This document shows positions 23,020 to 35,276 of a DNA stretch of 35,276 nucleotides, one piece after another. Source of the stretch: Octopus bimaculoides (Eukaryota). The stretch lies in NCBI RefSeq assembly GCF_001194135.2, contig NC_068988.1, positions 33,344,749 through 33,380,024 of the forward strand. The letters are read 5' to 3'. Numbering within the stretch: the stretch's first letter is position 1; each line of letters begins with the position of its first letter. The notes under the pieces are model-generated. The model had not been told where the DNA came from. It made no database searches and was given only the letters and a program-made list of their open reading frames with translations. A program made the translations under genes and the position numbers.

Positions 23020-23615
23020 GGGTGCGTAAGATAATTGAGGACATAATTATGCTTATAAAAGAAAACAGATGTATGATAACAGATAATAACTTAATTTATC
23101 AAAGAATGGTATGAGGATAAAAAAATAATCCTTGTTTTCCATAACGTTATTCAATTAATCCACCTTCAGCTTCAACAACTATTTCTATGTGAGATCTAAA
23201 TCATATACACGCTCGAATCAAGTGGTTCTGTTTCACTTTGGACATTACTTTGACTATGGCAGCTTTCTAAGAATGTTTGTTGTTACGGGCGTGTTCATTG
23301 ACATCTTTCTCAACAACGCTCCCCATGCAATAGTCCAATAAATTGAAATCTGGGCAATTAGGAGATCAAATGTTAGAGGTTATCTAATCATCAAAATTTT
23401 CAAACATGTATTCCTGTGTTACTAGAGCCATGTTTGGTAATACAGAGTCTTACGGAAACACATATGCCCTTCCATTGCATACAATGTCTATCCAGGGCTT
23501 AATAATTATTCCCAGGATATCAATGTAGGTGGCAGATTTAACAGTAAGATCTTGTGAAAAGAAGTAAGGACTCATCACATGTCTTTCATTGCTGACAACC
23601 CCTAAAACCATTTAA
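23020..23615 (-). mobile_element. Tc1/mariner superfamily maT (DD37D-like) transposase remnant with 3' TIR
   Basis: MVLGVVSNERHVMSPYFF...YIDILGIIIKPWID...YVFP*DS...SPNCPDFNLLDY...KAAIVKVM...LIRAC.*FRSHIEIVVEAEGGLIE*; the terminus (TA)GGGTGCG at 23020. Confidence 0.9.
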
Positions 23616-24269
23616 CTTTTTTATGGAGGTCGAAAATATGTGATTCTGAAACATATATTCCACATTGAGTCAGAACCATATTTACAATACGATTTTACAG
23701 TTTTATATCTATTTGTAAACATTTTTCTTTTTTTTTTTCCTTTTTTGTCGTTTACGAATTCTGCATCACAGTATTTATTTTTTATATTACTATAAATATG
23801 TTTTTTTTTCCATTTCCATGTTGATATGTATACTCCTCTAATAACTCGATAGATCATTTCATACTCCTACAACTGATGCATATCTTCCCAATAAAATTCC
23901 TTTGGTATCAGTATCACCATCTATCAGGACCTTTCTTTGTTGAGAAGCGTATGATACACTTTCAGTTTTCCTTGATGGTTATACGCTTTCTCAGAATTAT
24001 ATCATTAAAATTCTCACTAACAGAATTCTGTTTTATTCTCGATCTGATGCACCTAGTCTGTGCAGTAATCAATATTTCATATTGGTGATTTTTTTTTATT
24101 ATTTCCTCATTTCATTCTAAACTATATATTCTTTCACACATATATAATTTATATAATGATATTAAGTAGAGTAGAAGGGTAGATGTTAGTAGAGTGAGGG
24201 AGTGTTTATCCAACATCTTATTCTATATACTTTAGAGTTTATTTTTCTTTTAGATGTTACATCAAAGGA

Positions 24270-24390
24270 TGGCTGAGCTTTTCACTCTGTGAATGTTAGC
24301 AGATGGTTGAGTAATTAGTCGACGAAGCATCAAAACTGGATACTATTTTATAGAATATAAGTTACAATGAATCTAAATTTACCCAAAGCA
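24270..24390 (-). mobile_element. Very degenerate SINE family-1 core fragment
   Basis: GTCGAC...AACTGGATACTATTTTAT resembles the reverse complement of the SINE core. Confidence 0.3.
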
Positions 24391-24949
24391 ACTGAAGTTA
24401 TATATACAACATGGTGTTAACAAGACATTTTATCTGAGCCATGAAAAATTACCAAAAGTCTTTACGTATTAATGGTTTACAATACAATTAGAACGCCTCG
24501 GTCAATTAGGAAGCTCGCAATACGTCTGCAGCAAACAAACCATTCTTATTGTTTTCTATGCCTGAGTTTAACATATAAAGAACTTCTTTCTGGCTGGGAT
24601 ATGTTGACCGAATATTATCACTTCTGTGATGAGTTCAAATATTATCCAGGTCCATTGTAAATAACTTATCAATAGAGTTTGATATGGAATGACAAGTAAT
24701 ATTCGTTATTATGAGAGATGTATAGCGAATGCATTTGAATTTGTATAGAAACAAATACGAGATTCCTATGTGAAATTATCAGCTTCATAATATGCAACGT
24801 CAATTCCATTTTAGTTAACGGTGCAGATGAGACTCGCAGGAACTGGGTAGAATAATAGGTTAGTTCATAATATAATATCTAGCACAAATAGTAGATATAT
24901 TTTCACTAAGTTAATTGATGCCTGCACCCTTCAATTCACAAGCAGTTGC

Positions 24950-25950
24950 AACAAAATGAGTACAATCAAGGCCACACAAGCAATAACATCAACACATTCT
25001 ATTATCATTAGAAAAGATGCCTTGACGGGAACTGCATGATCATCAAGCCACAGCTTGCATGGCAGCAATATAGTTCAAGAAGACAACTGCCTAAAGTATC
25101 TCGACACTAAAGTGGTAATCGCATTTTTATATTAGACAAAATCTGTGCGGCAACATAATCGACAATACCATAAACATTCGTTGTCATAAAGTGATTTTTG
25201 CTAATAGGAGAATAGCAATGCCGTTAGCAATAAATTTATCTGTTGGATCAACATTTCCAGTATCGGCAAAGGTCACAGCAACTAAACTTTAATCAATGAT
25301 GGCTTCATCACACCCAAAGACACTTCAAGGAGACATGTTTAAATTCTAATAACGATAACAACATTTCATTTGGAGAATGTAAGTCGATACTCCTTTTATG
25401 TAGAAGGAACTACAGCTAGTTGCTACCTTTTACAAGAAGCATGTCGATGAATTTTGATCCATTCGGTAACTTGAGAAGTAAAATGCCGGGCGACGTGATT
25501 ACTGTCATGAGCACAGCTTCAAAGACAACTACAACATCAGCAGAGTATATAAAGCTACGACAATACAAAACCAATATTGCTGACGAATTTGCAGTGTGAA
25601 GTACACCGAAAAATAGGACTAACATCAATAGCAATATTGTGAGCGACGCAACGTACATGGTCATATCATTTTTCATTTCAGTCTCCTCATGTGGTGCCGA
25701 ATAGATGGATATGTTCATCAGCAAGATGTGCGCAGTATTCAAACACAAATAATAAGGATATCCCTAAAAATGGCCGCTTGCCGAGATACGTTACAAGGAT
25801 CTAAATGAATGACTGGCAATCGACCTTGAAGAAATCAGCAAAACAATAGTGTTAGAAGTTATTCCACAATCGACATTAGCAGCAATAACACACGTACACA
25901 GCAGTTATGGACCTGCCAAAAGTTTGGATATCAATACAAAACGAATGCAT
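24950..25950 (+). mobile_element. Ancient R4/Dong-like LINE 3' half (RT end, zinc knuckle, RLE)
   Basis: Multi-frameshift motifs in the expected order: CLKYLD, LCGNIIDNTINI, QYC*RICSVK..E / NIVS (CxxC...H...C knuckle), HQQDV, GNRP*, IVLEV.IP, DL..VW...IVSV. Confidence 0.5.
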
Positions 25951-25971
25951 TGTTTCCGTCTATGTGTACAT

Positions 25972-25975
<4 letters not shown>

Positions 25976-26049
<74 letters not shown>

Positions 26050-26103
26050 GTATATGTATATGTATATGCATATGTATACATATATATATATATATATATA
26101 TAT
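25976..26103. repeat. Compound (CA)n(TA)n(TATGTA)n microsatellite
   Basis: Directly visible; runs into an assembly gap. Confidence 0.96.
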
Positions 26104-28042
26104 NNNNNNNNNNNNNNNNNNNNNNNNNNNNNNNNNNNNNNNNNNNNNNNNNNNNNNNNNNNNNNNNNNNNNNNNNNNNNNNNNNNNNNNNNNNNNNNNN
26201 NNNNNNNNNNNNNNNNNNNNNNNNNNNNNNNNNNNNNNNNNNNNNNNNNNNNNNNNNNNNNNNNNNNNNNNNNNNNNNNNNNNNNNNNNNNNNNNNNNNN
26301 NNNNNNNNNNNNNNNNNNNNNNNNNNNNNNNNNNNNNNNNNNNNNNNNNNNNNNNNNNNNNNNNNNNNNNNNNNNNNNNNNNNNNNNNNNNNNNNNNNNN
26401 NNNNNNNNNNNNNNNNNNNNNNNNNNNNNNNNNNNNNNNNNNNNNNNNNNNNNNNNNNNNNNNNNNNNNNNNNNNNNNNNNNNNNNNNNNNNNNNNNNNN
26501 NNNNNNNNNNNNNNNNNNNNNNNNNNNNNNNNNNNNNNNNNNNNNNNNNNNNNNNNNNNNNNNNNNNNNNNNNNNNNNNNNNNNNNNNNNNNNNNNNNNN
26601 NNNNNNNNNNNNNNNNNNNNNNNNNNNNNNNNNNNNNNNNNNNNNNNNNNNNNNNNNNNNNNNNNNNNNNNNNNNATATACATATATTTAAACAGGTATT
26701 TATTTATTTTAACAGGAACGTTGGACAAGAAGACATTAATAGTAGTTGAGAAGTAACACTGGAAATCACTGTTGTATGGCGTTTTTGACGGACATATCAT
26801 TAGTCACGGCTGTACATTTGTGAGATTCAAAGAGAAAGACTCTTTAATTTATGACACAATCTGACAAATTCGAACTGTTGCAAGTTTTGAACTATAATAA
26901 CCATACTGCACTTACTTTTCGAAGAACGAATTAGATTTGTGTGTTTCTCTTATTGCACGAATGTGGATGGTGCTTTTCAGAAAAAATATAATATTTTACA
27001 TAATTGCATTATTTTCATGTCTATGAAATTCTTTATGTAGTAACAAAAAAGTTCTCGCATTCCTTTGAAATAGATCAAATTCATCATTTCATGGTTAAAC
27101 AACCCATTATTATTAACGTAAATTCAGTTTATTTCTCATTATACCTCGTGTGGAATTTTTAGGTCTTCGATTCATAATAATTTTAAAAGATACTGCCGAT
27201 TTTTTTTTTGTTATTCCTTCGCTGTTAGCAGCAGTAGAGTCTATGCTTGTGAATATAGATTTCTCTTCGTGTTGTTTACCTATATTTTCCAACGCAGTTT
27301 CCTATTTTATATGTTTAATATGTGCATATTAAACATAAGATAGAAGAAAAAGTAATAAATTTGTGCAGCAGAGTTTCATTTCAAAAAATAATATTTTTCG
27401 TCTTGTGTAGATCTCTGTTTTCTTCATTTTGGTTCTTTCGGTTTTTTTTTTTTTCCATCTGTTTTGATTTTTAAAATATTTCTTTTCCGCCATTTGAAAT
27501 CTGTTACATTGCAAATTATTTAGATAGATATTTTATGAATAGGCTTAGCTTCCACGTAAACAGTATTTCTGTGTGTATGGTTTTATATTCAATGCATTCG
27601 CATTGGTGTTATACAAAATTATTGTTAAAAATAGATAAGAATGCGAAAAACAATAAATAACAATATGTATATATTAACAACTACAAAAGCATTCAAATTT
27701 GGAGAAAAATATTGGTTCTGACAATAGCATCTCAGGTACAGTTCAACTGAAATCATATAAGTTGTTTTCAATTCTATATANNNNNNNNNNNNNNNNNNNN
27801 NNNNNNNNNNNNNNNNNNNNNNNNNNNNNNNNNNNNNNNNNNNNNNNNNNNNNNNNNNNNNNNNNNNNNNNNNNNNNNNNNNNNNNNNNNNNNNNNNNNN
27901 NNNNNNNNNNNNNNNNNNNNNNNNNNNNNNNNNNNNNNNNNNNNNNNNNNNNNNNNNNNNNNNNNNNNNNNNNNNNNNNNNNNNNNNNNNNNNNNNNNNN
28001 NNNNNNNNNNNNNNNNNNNNNNNNNNNNNNNNNNNNNNNNNN

Positions 28043-28255
28043 TTTCAAAATGAGATTAAAAAACCCAAAGCTGTGAAGATTTTAGAACATTTATAAACAG
28101 GTCTTTATATATATTTATTATATCTCTCCATCTTTATATATATTTATTAAATCCCTTCATTGGAGAGGGTGTGAGAAAATGGCTGAGCAATAGTTAATTT
28201 AGATAAGATACGAATTAGAGCGTGAAGTGGAGGAATGAAAATAGATGTGAGATAA
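28043..28255 (-). mobile_element. Penelope-like pLTR fragment (family B), hammerhead core partly lost
   Basis: Minus: TATCTTATCTAAATTAACTATTGCTCAGCCATTTTCTCACACCCTCTCCAATGAAGGGATTT...[AT-rich filler]...AAGACCTGTTTATAAATGTTCTAAAA...GGGTTTTTTAATCTCATTTTGAAA; aligns with 41-200 and 19470-19580. Confidence 0.72.
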
Positions 28256-28264
28256 CACTACTCC

Positions 28265-28790
28265 CAGACACCCTAAAAAAGCGACGGATGATCTATTCTG
28301 TGGTACCCACCACCATTCTTAACGTTAAGAACTTAGCTAAATACTTCTTTAAAATACTTCCCCCGACAATATAAATATCATTCCATCTTTAATCGATCAA
28401 GACTGAAACTATCTTATTCTACTTCACCCAACTTCGAATCTATTGTAGCAACCTCTAATAAGCAAAAGCTTTCTCTTTACTATCAAAAGTCACATAACTA
28501 CAACTGTAGTCATACGAACACTCATCACACACACAGCTTCAGCACAGATACACTTATATTAGACCACAACCACAACCCAACACATCCTTCGGACACTAGA
28601 ATGCCTTCTTTTACGGTCATATCTCGTTTACTTGTTCCTCCTCGGAAGAACTGCTGCTCCCCAAACTTACCTTTCCTTAAACCCTTACATCTCTTCTCCT
28701 TCCTCCATTTCTCTTTTATTCTTCTTCCTATTTCCTTTCACTTTTAACTCTCCTTTACAAATTTACATATGTGTACGTACCACAACATTG
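28265..28790 (+). mobile_element. Penelope-like RT-to-GIY-YIG linker remnant plus 3' region
   Basis: ILWYPPPF/NVKNLAKYFFKIL/..YHSIFNRSRLKLSYSTSPNFESIVA..NK matches PLE 'IIWYNPPFS.NV.TN....F..L...H.IFNR...KLSYS'. Confidence 0.8.
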
Positions 28791-29264
28791 CCTATTCAAT
28801 GATCTGATTTTAGAAAACGCGTCGCTTGATGTAGGCCATCTGATTTTCAATGAAAATCAGTCATAAAATGATGTGAAGTAATCTTGTTTCGTTTTAACGG
28901 GAATCCATAGTATGTTGACGTGACTTAACAATTTCAGAGATAGCAATTTTAATGTTACAAATAAAAGGATTTGATACATGCTCACATCTTCTTGTTAACA
29001 AATGAAAATCATTTCAAGCAAACCGAATCCATAGTATCTGAAAAGCATCCAGAATCATTGTCTCTATTTTGATTTGAACAAGAATTCACTGAACTTGCGA
29101 AGACGGCTAACTTTCATACGAAAGAATATATCAATAGAATGAGATTGTCAAACTTGGTTGAACAAAATAAAATAGACAGCAGATGGACATAATGAATACG
29201 TTAACACTAATCTTTTGAAGTTAAACAATCGATTTCACACACCTCTACAAGCAGGTCGTAGATG

Positions 29265-29845
29265 TATTGGGTTGGTAACTAAGTTCCCGCCGTTGTTTTA
29301 AATTAAAATTTTTAAAATGTTTAATAAAAATTTACAACTAATTGATTAATAATGTATTCACCCTTGTTGTTTACAACTTCTTTCCAACGTTTAACAAGAG
29401 TTTCAATATCTTGTTAGTAGAAATCACCCGATTTCGAAAAATTGATCTAACCAAGCTCTCAATTCTGCATTAGTATTGAATGAAACTCCGCACATAGCAT
29501 TTGAAAGAGATCGAAAGAGGTGGAAATCCGTTCGTGCCAAATCAGGACAGTACGGTGGGTGAGGCAGCTCTTCCCAGCCATTCGTTTGAATGGCTTCCTT
29601 GGTAATATTGGCGATATGAGGGCGGGCGTTGTCGTGCAGCAGAACTCCATGCTGCCGATTAGGTCTTTTCTTGCGAATAGCCGTATTGAGTCCTTCCATC
29701 TTTTGAACATACAGCTCCGCGTTGACCATTTGGTTCTTTTCAAGCAATTCGTAGTGGATAATCCCTATGCAAAACATATGCACAACATCGTTTTACGCGA
29801 ATGAAGACCTTGTTTCACGCGCGGTGTCGCTTGTTTACCGGGGCT
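29265..29845 (-). mobile_element. Mariner (DD34D) transposon remnant, 3' half with TIR
   Basis: PGKQATPRVKQGLHSRKTMLC; GIIHYELL; LLHDNARPH; LPHPPYCPDLARTDFHLFRSL; TIR TATTGGGTTGGTAACTAAGTTCCC at 29265. Confidence 0.95.
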
Positions 29846-30187
29846 ATGATATATAACCTAAAGCATTGGCCTCTAATATCATGTTCTGTCATACCGTATA
29901 AATGGAGCAAGAAAGAAAGAAACTTTTCTGCAGAAACTTATCTGACATATTATTTAACAGTTATTGATGTTTAGTATGCTACTCATACAAATCAATATGA
30001 AAGTTAATTTATACGAATCCTCTCCAAAACATAATACATATACATATATGCATGTATGCGCGTGTGCCTGTGTACATCCTATACATGCGATCGATGTCCG
30101 TCCACAATATTTTCAAGGATTATTGCAGCACAGATATTTCTGAATGCAGTACACTGTGAACATTGCTATGTGAATGAATCCCCAATA

Positions 30188-30345
30188 TTGATTTCAAATT
30201 TTAGCACGAGGCAGCAATTTTTCGGGAGCAGCTAATTCGAATATATCGACCCCAGTACTCAACTGACACTTATTTCATCGATCCATGAATGATGCATTGC
30301 AAAGACGACCTCGATGGAATTGAAACTTAGATAGTGAAAGCAAAC
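30188..30345 (-). mobile_element. tRNA-derived SINE (family 1), 5'-truncated
   Basis: ATCGACCCCAGTACTCAACTG.CACTTATTTCATCGA...GCAAAGACGACCTCG.TGGAATT is the reverse complement of the family-1 core. Confidence 0.85.
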
Positions 30346-30550
30346 GAATTACCGTTAAACGTTACTTTTTTCTTGTATAGAAGCCGTTAATTTATTCGTA
30401 GCTGAATGAATTTTGTGAAAACCATTGGTTCCATTCTGCAAATTTTGAGACATTGTTCGTGAATCGAGCCGAAATAATCTGTTTCAATTTTTTTTTTCCA
30501 ACGCTCTGAGTTTTAAACATAAACGATATATAACTGATGATCAGAACAAA

Positions 30551-31450
30551 TATTGGCTCATCCCATAAGTAAGGCATTCTTTTTATTCTTTTTATTTTTG
30601 AAATTTAAGATAAACAAAGTCTTTTTTAATTTAAAATATACTCTCTTTCATTTTCTGCAATGCTCTTCCATCTATCTGGCAGACTTGCAACGCCCCGCTT
30701 CCAAAATTCATTTGTCCGTGATGAAAAATACTCCTCGTCTATAGAATTCATATCTTTGCCGTCCAAATGATTTTGAAGACTGTGGGATTTAACGATAATC
30801 AGATGGGGTAATGTCCGTCGAATATGGTGGGTAGGACATCGTTTCCCATTCAGACTGCTCAAGCCTTTTGAATGTCATCCTCGCTGTATGTGGCCGAGCA
30901 TTATTGTGATGGAAAAATACCTTTCGTCTTGAAACCAAAGATGGTCGTTTTTCTTCTAGTGGTGACTTGAATTACGGGTTGAATGACCAGATCCAAGCTT
31001 CTCTGCTAGTTCCTCAACAGTTACGATAGGATATTATTCCACCAAGATTTGCAGGACGTCCCCGTCGAGTTTACAGAACTTCCAGGACGAGGTTCATCTT
31101 CTAGGTTATAGTTTCCGAATTTTGGGAACCACAGTTGACACTAGCTTACGCTTATTGTCCGAGTCCCATATACTGCATTAATATTCCCCGCACCTTCTGT
31201 TACACTGTTACCCTCATTGAACTCATAAAGCGAAATATACCGAAAACGTTCCTTTATCACTTCCATTATAGCTTTGAAAATATAGCTTAAAATCCAAGTA
31301 CTCACTTCAAAAATTGCATTAAGAATAAGTACAAGGTAAAATTACTACCCGTTTATATAGCAACTGGATGCAGGTAGTTTATCCGTTCCCCTCCGATATT
31401 TAGTTCATGCAATTGAAAAAAAAACGCATTATGTATGGGAATACCCAATA
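30551..31450 (-). mobile_element. Internally deleted mariner with both TIRs
   Basis: N-terminus MEVIKERFRYISLYEFNEGN...NINAVYG...LEDEPRPG; C-terminus RKKRPSL...FHHNNARPH...YPPYSTDITPSDY...LPDRWKSIAENEREYI. Imperfect TIRs TATTGGCTCATCCCATAAGTA and TATGTATGGGAATACCCAATA. Confidence 0.92.
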
Positions 31451-31848
31451 CAGTTAACTAAAAGACTGCATGTAATCGACAAGAAACTAATAAGCGTCAT
31501 GACACTGAAAAGATGGAACAGCCCGCAACTACAAAATTTGAGTCGGGCATTGCTGATTCACTTGGCAATATCGGCATGCGACTACACTGTCTGCCAAGCA
31601 AAATTACATTGCTTTTCATTTGTTACATATGCTATCATCACCTCCTACTGCAGTTTAGAATAGAATATTTAGTAAGATCAAAATTTGTAGCTGAAATTAG
31701 TTCTAGCTATAATTATCATTATTTGCTCTAAACAGGGTCTTATAATTCTAATTCAAAATGCGAGTCCAATTGGAATACCTGCACTGATAGCCGATGAGTT
31801 ATGGGGTTGCAAACACAATAAAAGACGTCTGTAAGTAGAGATGTCGTG

Positions 31849-33000
31849 CACGAGGGGTTACCCAAAAGAAACCAGAATTTTCAAAAATTATTTTGTTCAG
31901 TTACTTTTACACGTTTACACGTATTCTCCATTTGAATCAATGCGTCAGTCCAGACGCGTTTTCCAGTGTTCGAATCATTCCTAGAACTCTTGTGATGTGA
32001 TGCCTTTTAAGGCCTGTCGTTTTTTGCCTCACCTCTTCCACATCTGCAAAATGTTTTCCTTTAAGGACTTACTTTTATTCGGAGGAACGAAAAAAGTTGC
32101 AGGGAGCAAGATCGAGTAAACGGTGGCATTCAATTTTTGGTCAAAAACTGTCTCACACGCAAGGCAGTGTGCGAAGTTGCGTTGTCGTGAAGAAACCACC
32201 ACCCTCCACTTTGCCACTTGTCGGCGCGTTTTGGTCTCGTCATATCTCTCAAACACTTCAGAACTGCCAAGTAAAATGCGTANNNNNNNNNNATCTCTCA
32301 AACACTTCAGAACTGCCAAGTAAAATGCGTAGTTAACACTTTGACCAGGAGGAAAAAATACTATGTGAACAATTCCTTTCGCATTGATGATACAATACCA
32401 GCATCGTTTTGACATTGATTTCACTTAACTCACTTTTGAAGGGCGTGGTGATATTGAATGCTCCCATTGACTTCATTGCGGCTTCGTTTCCAGTCTTGGC
32501 CGTAGAACCAATTTTCGTCACCAGTGATGACATTCAAAACAGGTTCGGGTCAACTTCTAACTGTTGTTTCAGTTCACCACGACTCACATTCATTTGTGAC
32601 TACTCCTGTGAGCAGTGCGGCACAAATTTAGCTACAACTCTTTTCATTCATAATTCCTCGCTGAAAATTCGTTGGTAGTAGCTCCAAAACACACCAGTCA
32701 TATCAACAAGTCCCTCAATTGTTCGGTGACGATCCTCCATGATCAGTTCATAGACATACATGCCACTTACCATTGATAAGTATATATGAGTCGTTTTCAC
32801 CACATACACTAGAAGACGTTTAAGCACCATTTCGATAGTCTTAACCAAGTCGATACATCTAACAATAATATGACGATTATTGTTTATTTTAGAATGGATA
32901 GAAATCATAATCAGGTTCGTCATCTATTTTGTTTAAAAAAGCTTTTGAAACAATTTACCACGCCATCATCAAGGAAGTTTCTAAAGTTACCCCTTAAACA
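31849..33000 (-). mobile_element. Near-complete decayed mariner (DD34D) of another subfamily
   Basis: IMEDRHRTIEGL...KRVVAKFVPH...NVITGDENWFYG...KTML...KGIVH.VFFPPGQSVN..FYLAVLKCLR...KGKHFADVEEV; TIR CACGAGGGGTTACCCAAAAG at 31849; right end degenerate. Confidence 0.92.
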
Positions 33001-35276
33001 CTTCAAAGACATTTGAGCCATTGACGTAACAAGCTAGTTGTCGTTCAAAATTTGAACCCAGTGTTACTCTTTATATAACAGATACAATACACGCATATAT
33101 ATTCACTCTACGCAGTTTTTTTCCTGGATCAATCGCTAGTAAGTTCTAGTCTATTAGAAACGAATGCTATTGATCACTGATGCAGTTATGGCAGGTATAT
33201 TCGAAATAATTCAGACACACGGGCGTAGGACACGTGTATACAATATCACAAAAACCATGAAAGTATAAATAATTATACCAGGAACACGACATTATCAAAA
33301 AAGTAGATACAGTAAATATATAAATGCGATGCTTTAAGAAAAACGATACAGAGAATAGGGAGTTTTATGGCTAGTTCCAAAAAAATGGGGGACAAAAAAT
33401 TACAGAAAGAGAAATACTCCATGGGTGATAAGACTGGGAAGAAAAAGGTTGTTCAAAGAGAGAAAAAAAAAACTCTATTTGTCCCAATCCATCTCTCTCC
33501 CACATCTCTGTCTGTCTCTCTCTCTATCTCTCTCTCCCCGCCCCGCTAACCGTAGAAGACTCTGTTAATGATGCTAGAGTTTATGAGAAGAATGCATGCG
33601 AAATTTCTCCTCTGCGCTAATAATGGAAATGCATATACTTTTAGTTTAAACTGTAGTAGATGAAGTATTACAAGCTGAATATGCATAAACATATATTTAC
33701 AGACACACACTCATACATTTATACACATCCATGCAAGTATACGTAAGTGTACATATATGTTTTGTATGTGTGTGTGTGTGTGTATGTGTGTAATTATGTG
33801 TGTGTATGTGTGTAATTGTGGGTGTGTATTCATTTATAAATACTTGTTTATAGATTTTAATATGTTACGCGTGCGTGTGTACGCACGTGTGTGTATATGT
33901 ATGTGTATATTACGTAAGTATATACGTATGTACATATGCTTATATGTAATTATGTATATGAGGAGGCGTAAAAAAGTAATTCCAAAACAACAATCTACCA
34001 AGGAACAAACGAAAATGTATTCGTCTGTCAGTTGTTTAGAATGTTGTCATTTTTTTTTAGATTTATGACGCAATTTCCTTGGCAAATTTATCTTTATCCC
34101 ATTATTTGAGAAAATAATGCGTAAAGAACTTGTCTTATATCTATTCTAATCAATCATATTCTTGCGTTTCTTTTCGATATTAATGAAATTATTGGTTGAT
34201 AGTATTTGCGAATGTCTTATTTATTAAATGTTGATATATTTTTGATGTTCCTTTCGCAATTTTCACATATTCTTTGAAATCTTTTGTGTAGTGTACTACT
34301 TCATCAATTATATATATATATATATATATNNNNNNNNNNNNNNNNNNNNNNNNNNNNNNNNNNNNNNNNNNNNNNNNNNNNNNNNNNNNNNNNNNNNNNN
34401 NNNNNNNNNNNNNNNNNNNNNNNNNNNNNNNNNNNNNNNNNNNNNNNNNNNNNNNNNNNNNNNNNNNNNNNNNNNNNNNNNNNNNNNNNNNNNNNNNNNN
34501 NNNNNNNNNNNNNNNNNNNNNNNNNNNNNNNNNATATATATACGTATATATATATATATATGCATATATACAGGTACATATGTTTGCATGCGTACGTGTA
34601 AATGTGTGTGTACGAGTGTGTGTTGTGTGTGTGTGTGTGTGCGTGTGTGCATGCGTGTTTGTGTGTGTGTAGTATATGTGGATACGTGTCTTCATTTCGG
34701 GGCATATAGCCATCAAATGACAAATAAGCGATATCTACCCGTGAGGTTTATCCTGTACTACAAACATTAAAAACATTACGTCTGCCACCTCAAGCAGGTG
34801 TACGAGCTATATATTCGCTTTCTTTCTGTAATTACCTGAATCACGGGCTAACACAGAATACCTGTGATCAGCTAACCTACTAAATTAATATGCATGCAGC
34901 TTGTATCAACTTTATTGTTTCAATCGTTTCCTATAATGTCTATATATATATATATACAATGTAATATATTACCCACCCCACCGATTTGACTCCTTTTATG
35001 TTTTACTTTATTTTAGTTTTATTTTTGTATGAATATCTGTATTATTTTTTGTTCTTAGTATTTTATATTCGTATTTTATATTCTTATTTTATTTTATATT
35101 ATTATTTCATTTTTGTTATGTTATTTTATTATATTGTTTTTAACCACCAACTTAACACTACACACTGAATTGTGGCAAGGTATGGACGGATTCCGGAGTA
35201 CCGAGAAAATTATGTATAAATATATCAAATTAAGAATTCTACGAGGTATAGTACAATGCAAAATACCAAACGGAAC

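Noticed and set aside
31785-31830. CCGATGAG...CAAAC as a hammerhead
   Set aside because: No stem II pairing, no GAAA, no cleavage triplet in context.
32244-32331. Perfect 39-bp direct repeat on either side of a 10-N gap
   Set aside because: Typical unmerged contig overlap inside the mariner remnant; assembly artefact.
1-35276. CRISPR arrays, rRNA or prokaryotic operons
   Set aside because: No repeat-spacer arrays or rRNA-like sequence; the DNA is clearly eukaryotic repeat-rich sequence.

Overview
AT-rich, non-coding eukaryotic DNA with dense (TA)n/(CA)n/(GAT)n microsatellites and 8 assembly gaps. The repeat landscape resembles an Octopus-type cephalopod short-read assembly (inference only). 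No intact protein-coding gene is recognisable; most ORFs in the supplied track are artefacts of microsatellites and N-runs. The window is a transposon graveyard. It holds Penelope-like (PLE) RT, GIY-YIG and pLTR fragments, a pogo/Tigger remnant, three DD34D mariner remnants, a maT/DD37D-like Tc1-mariner remnant, two R4/Dong-like LINE remnants, several tRNA-derived SINEs and a hairpin MITE. Most interesting are two families of minimal hammerhead-ribozyme motifs in PLE terminal repeats (four copies, whose 3' ends run into (TA)n tracts or a TA-flanked gap). Also notable is a recent 221-bp local duplication, exon-like on both strands, sitting exactly at the breakpoint of an internal deletion in the old Tigger element. 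A few candidate exons are listed at low confidence only.
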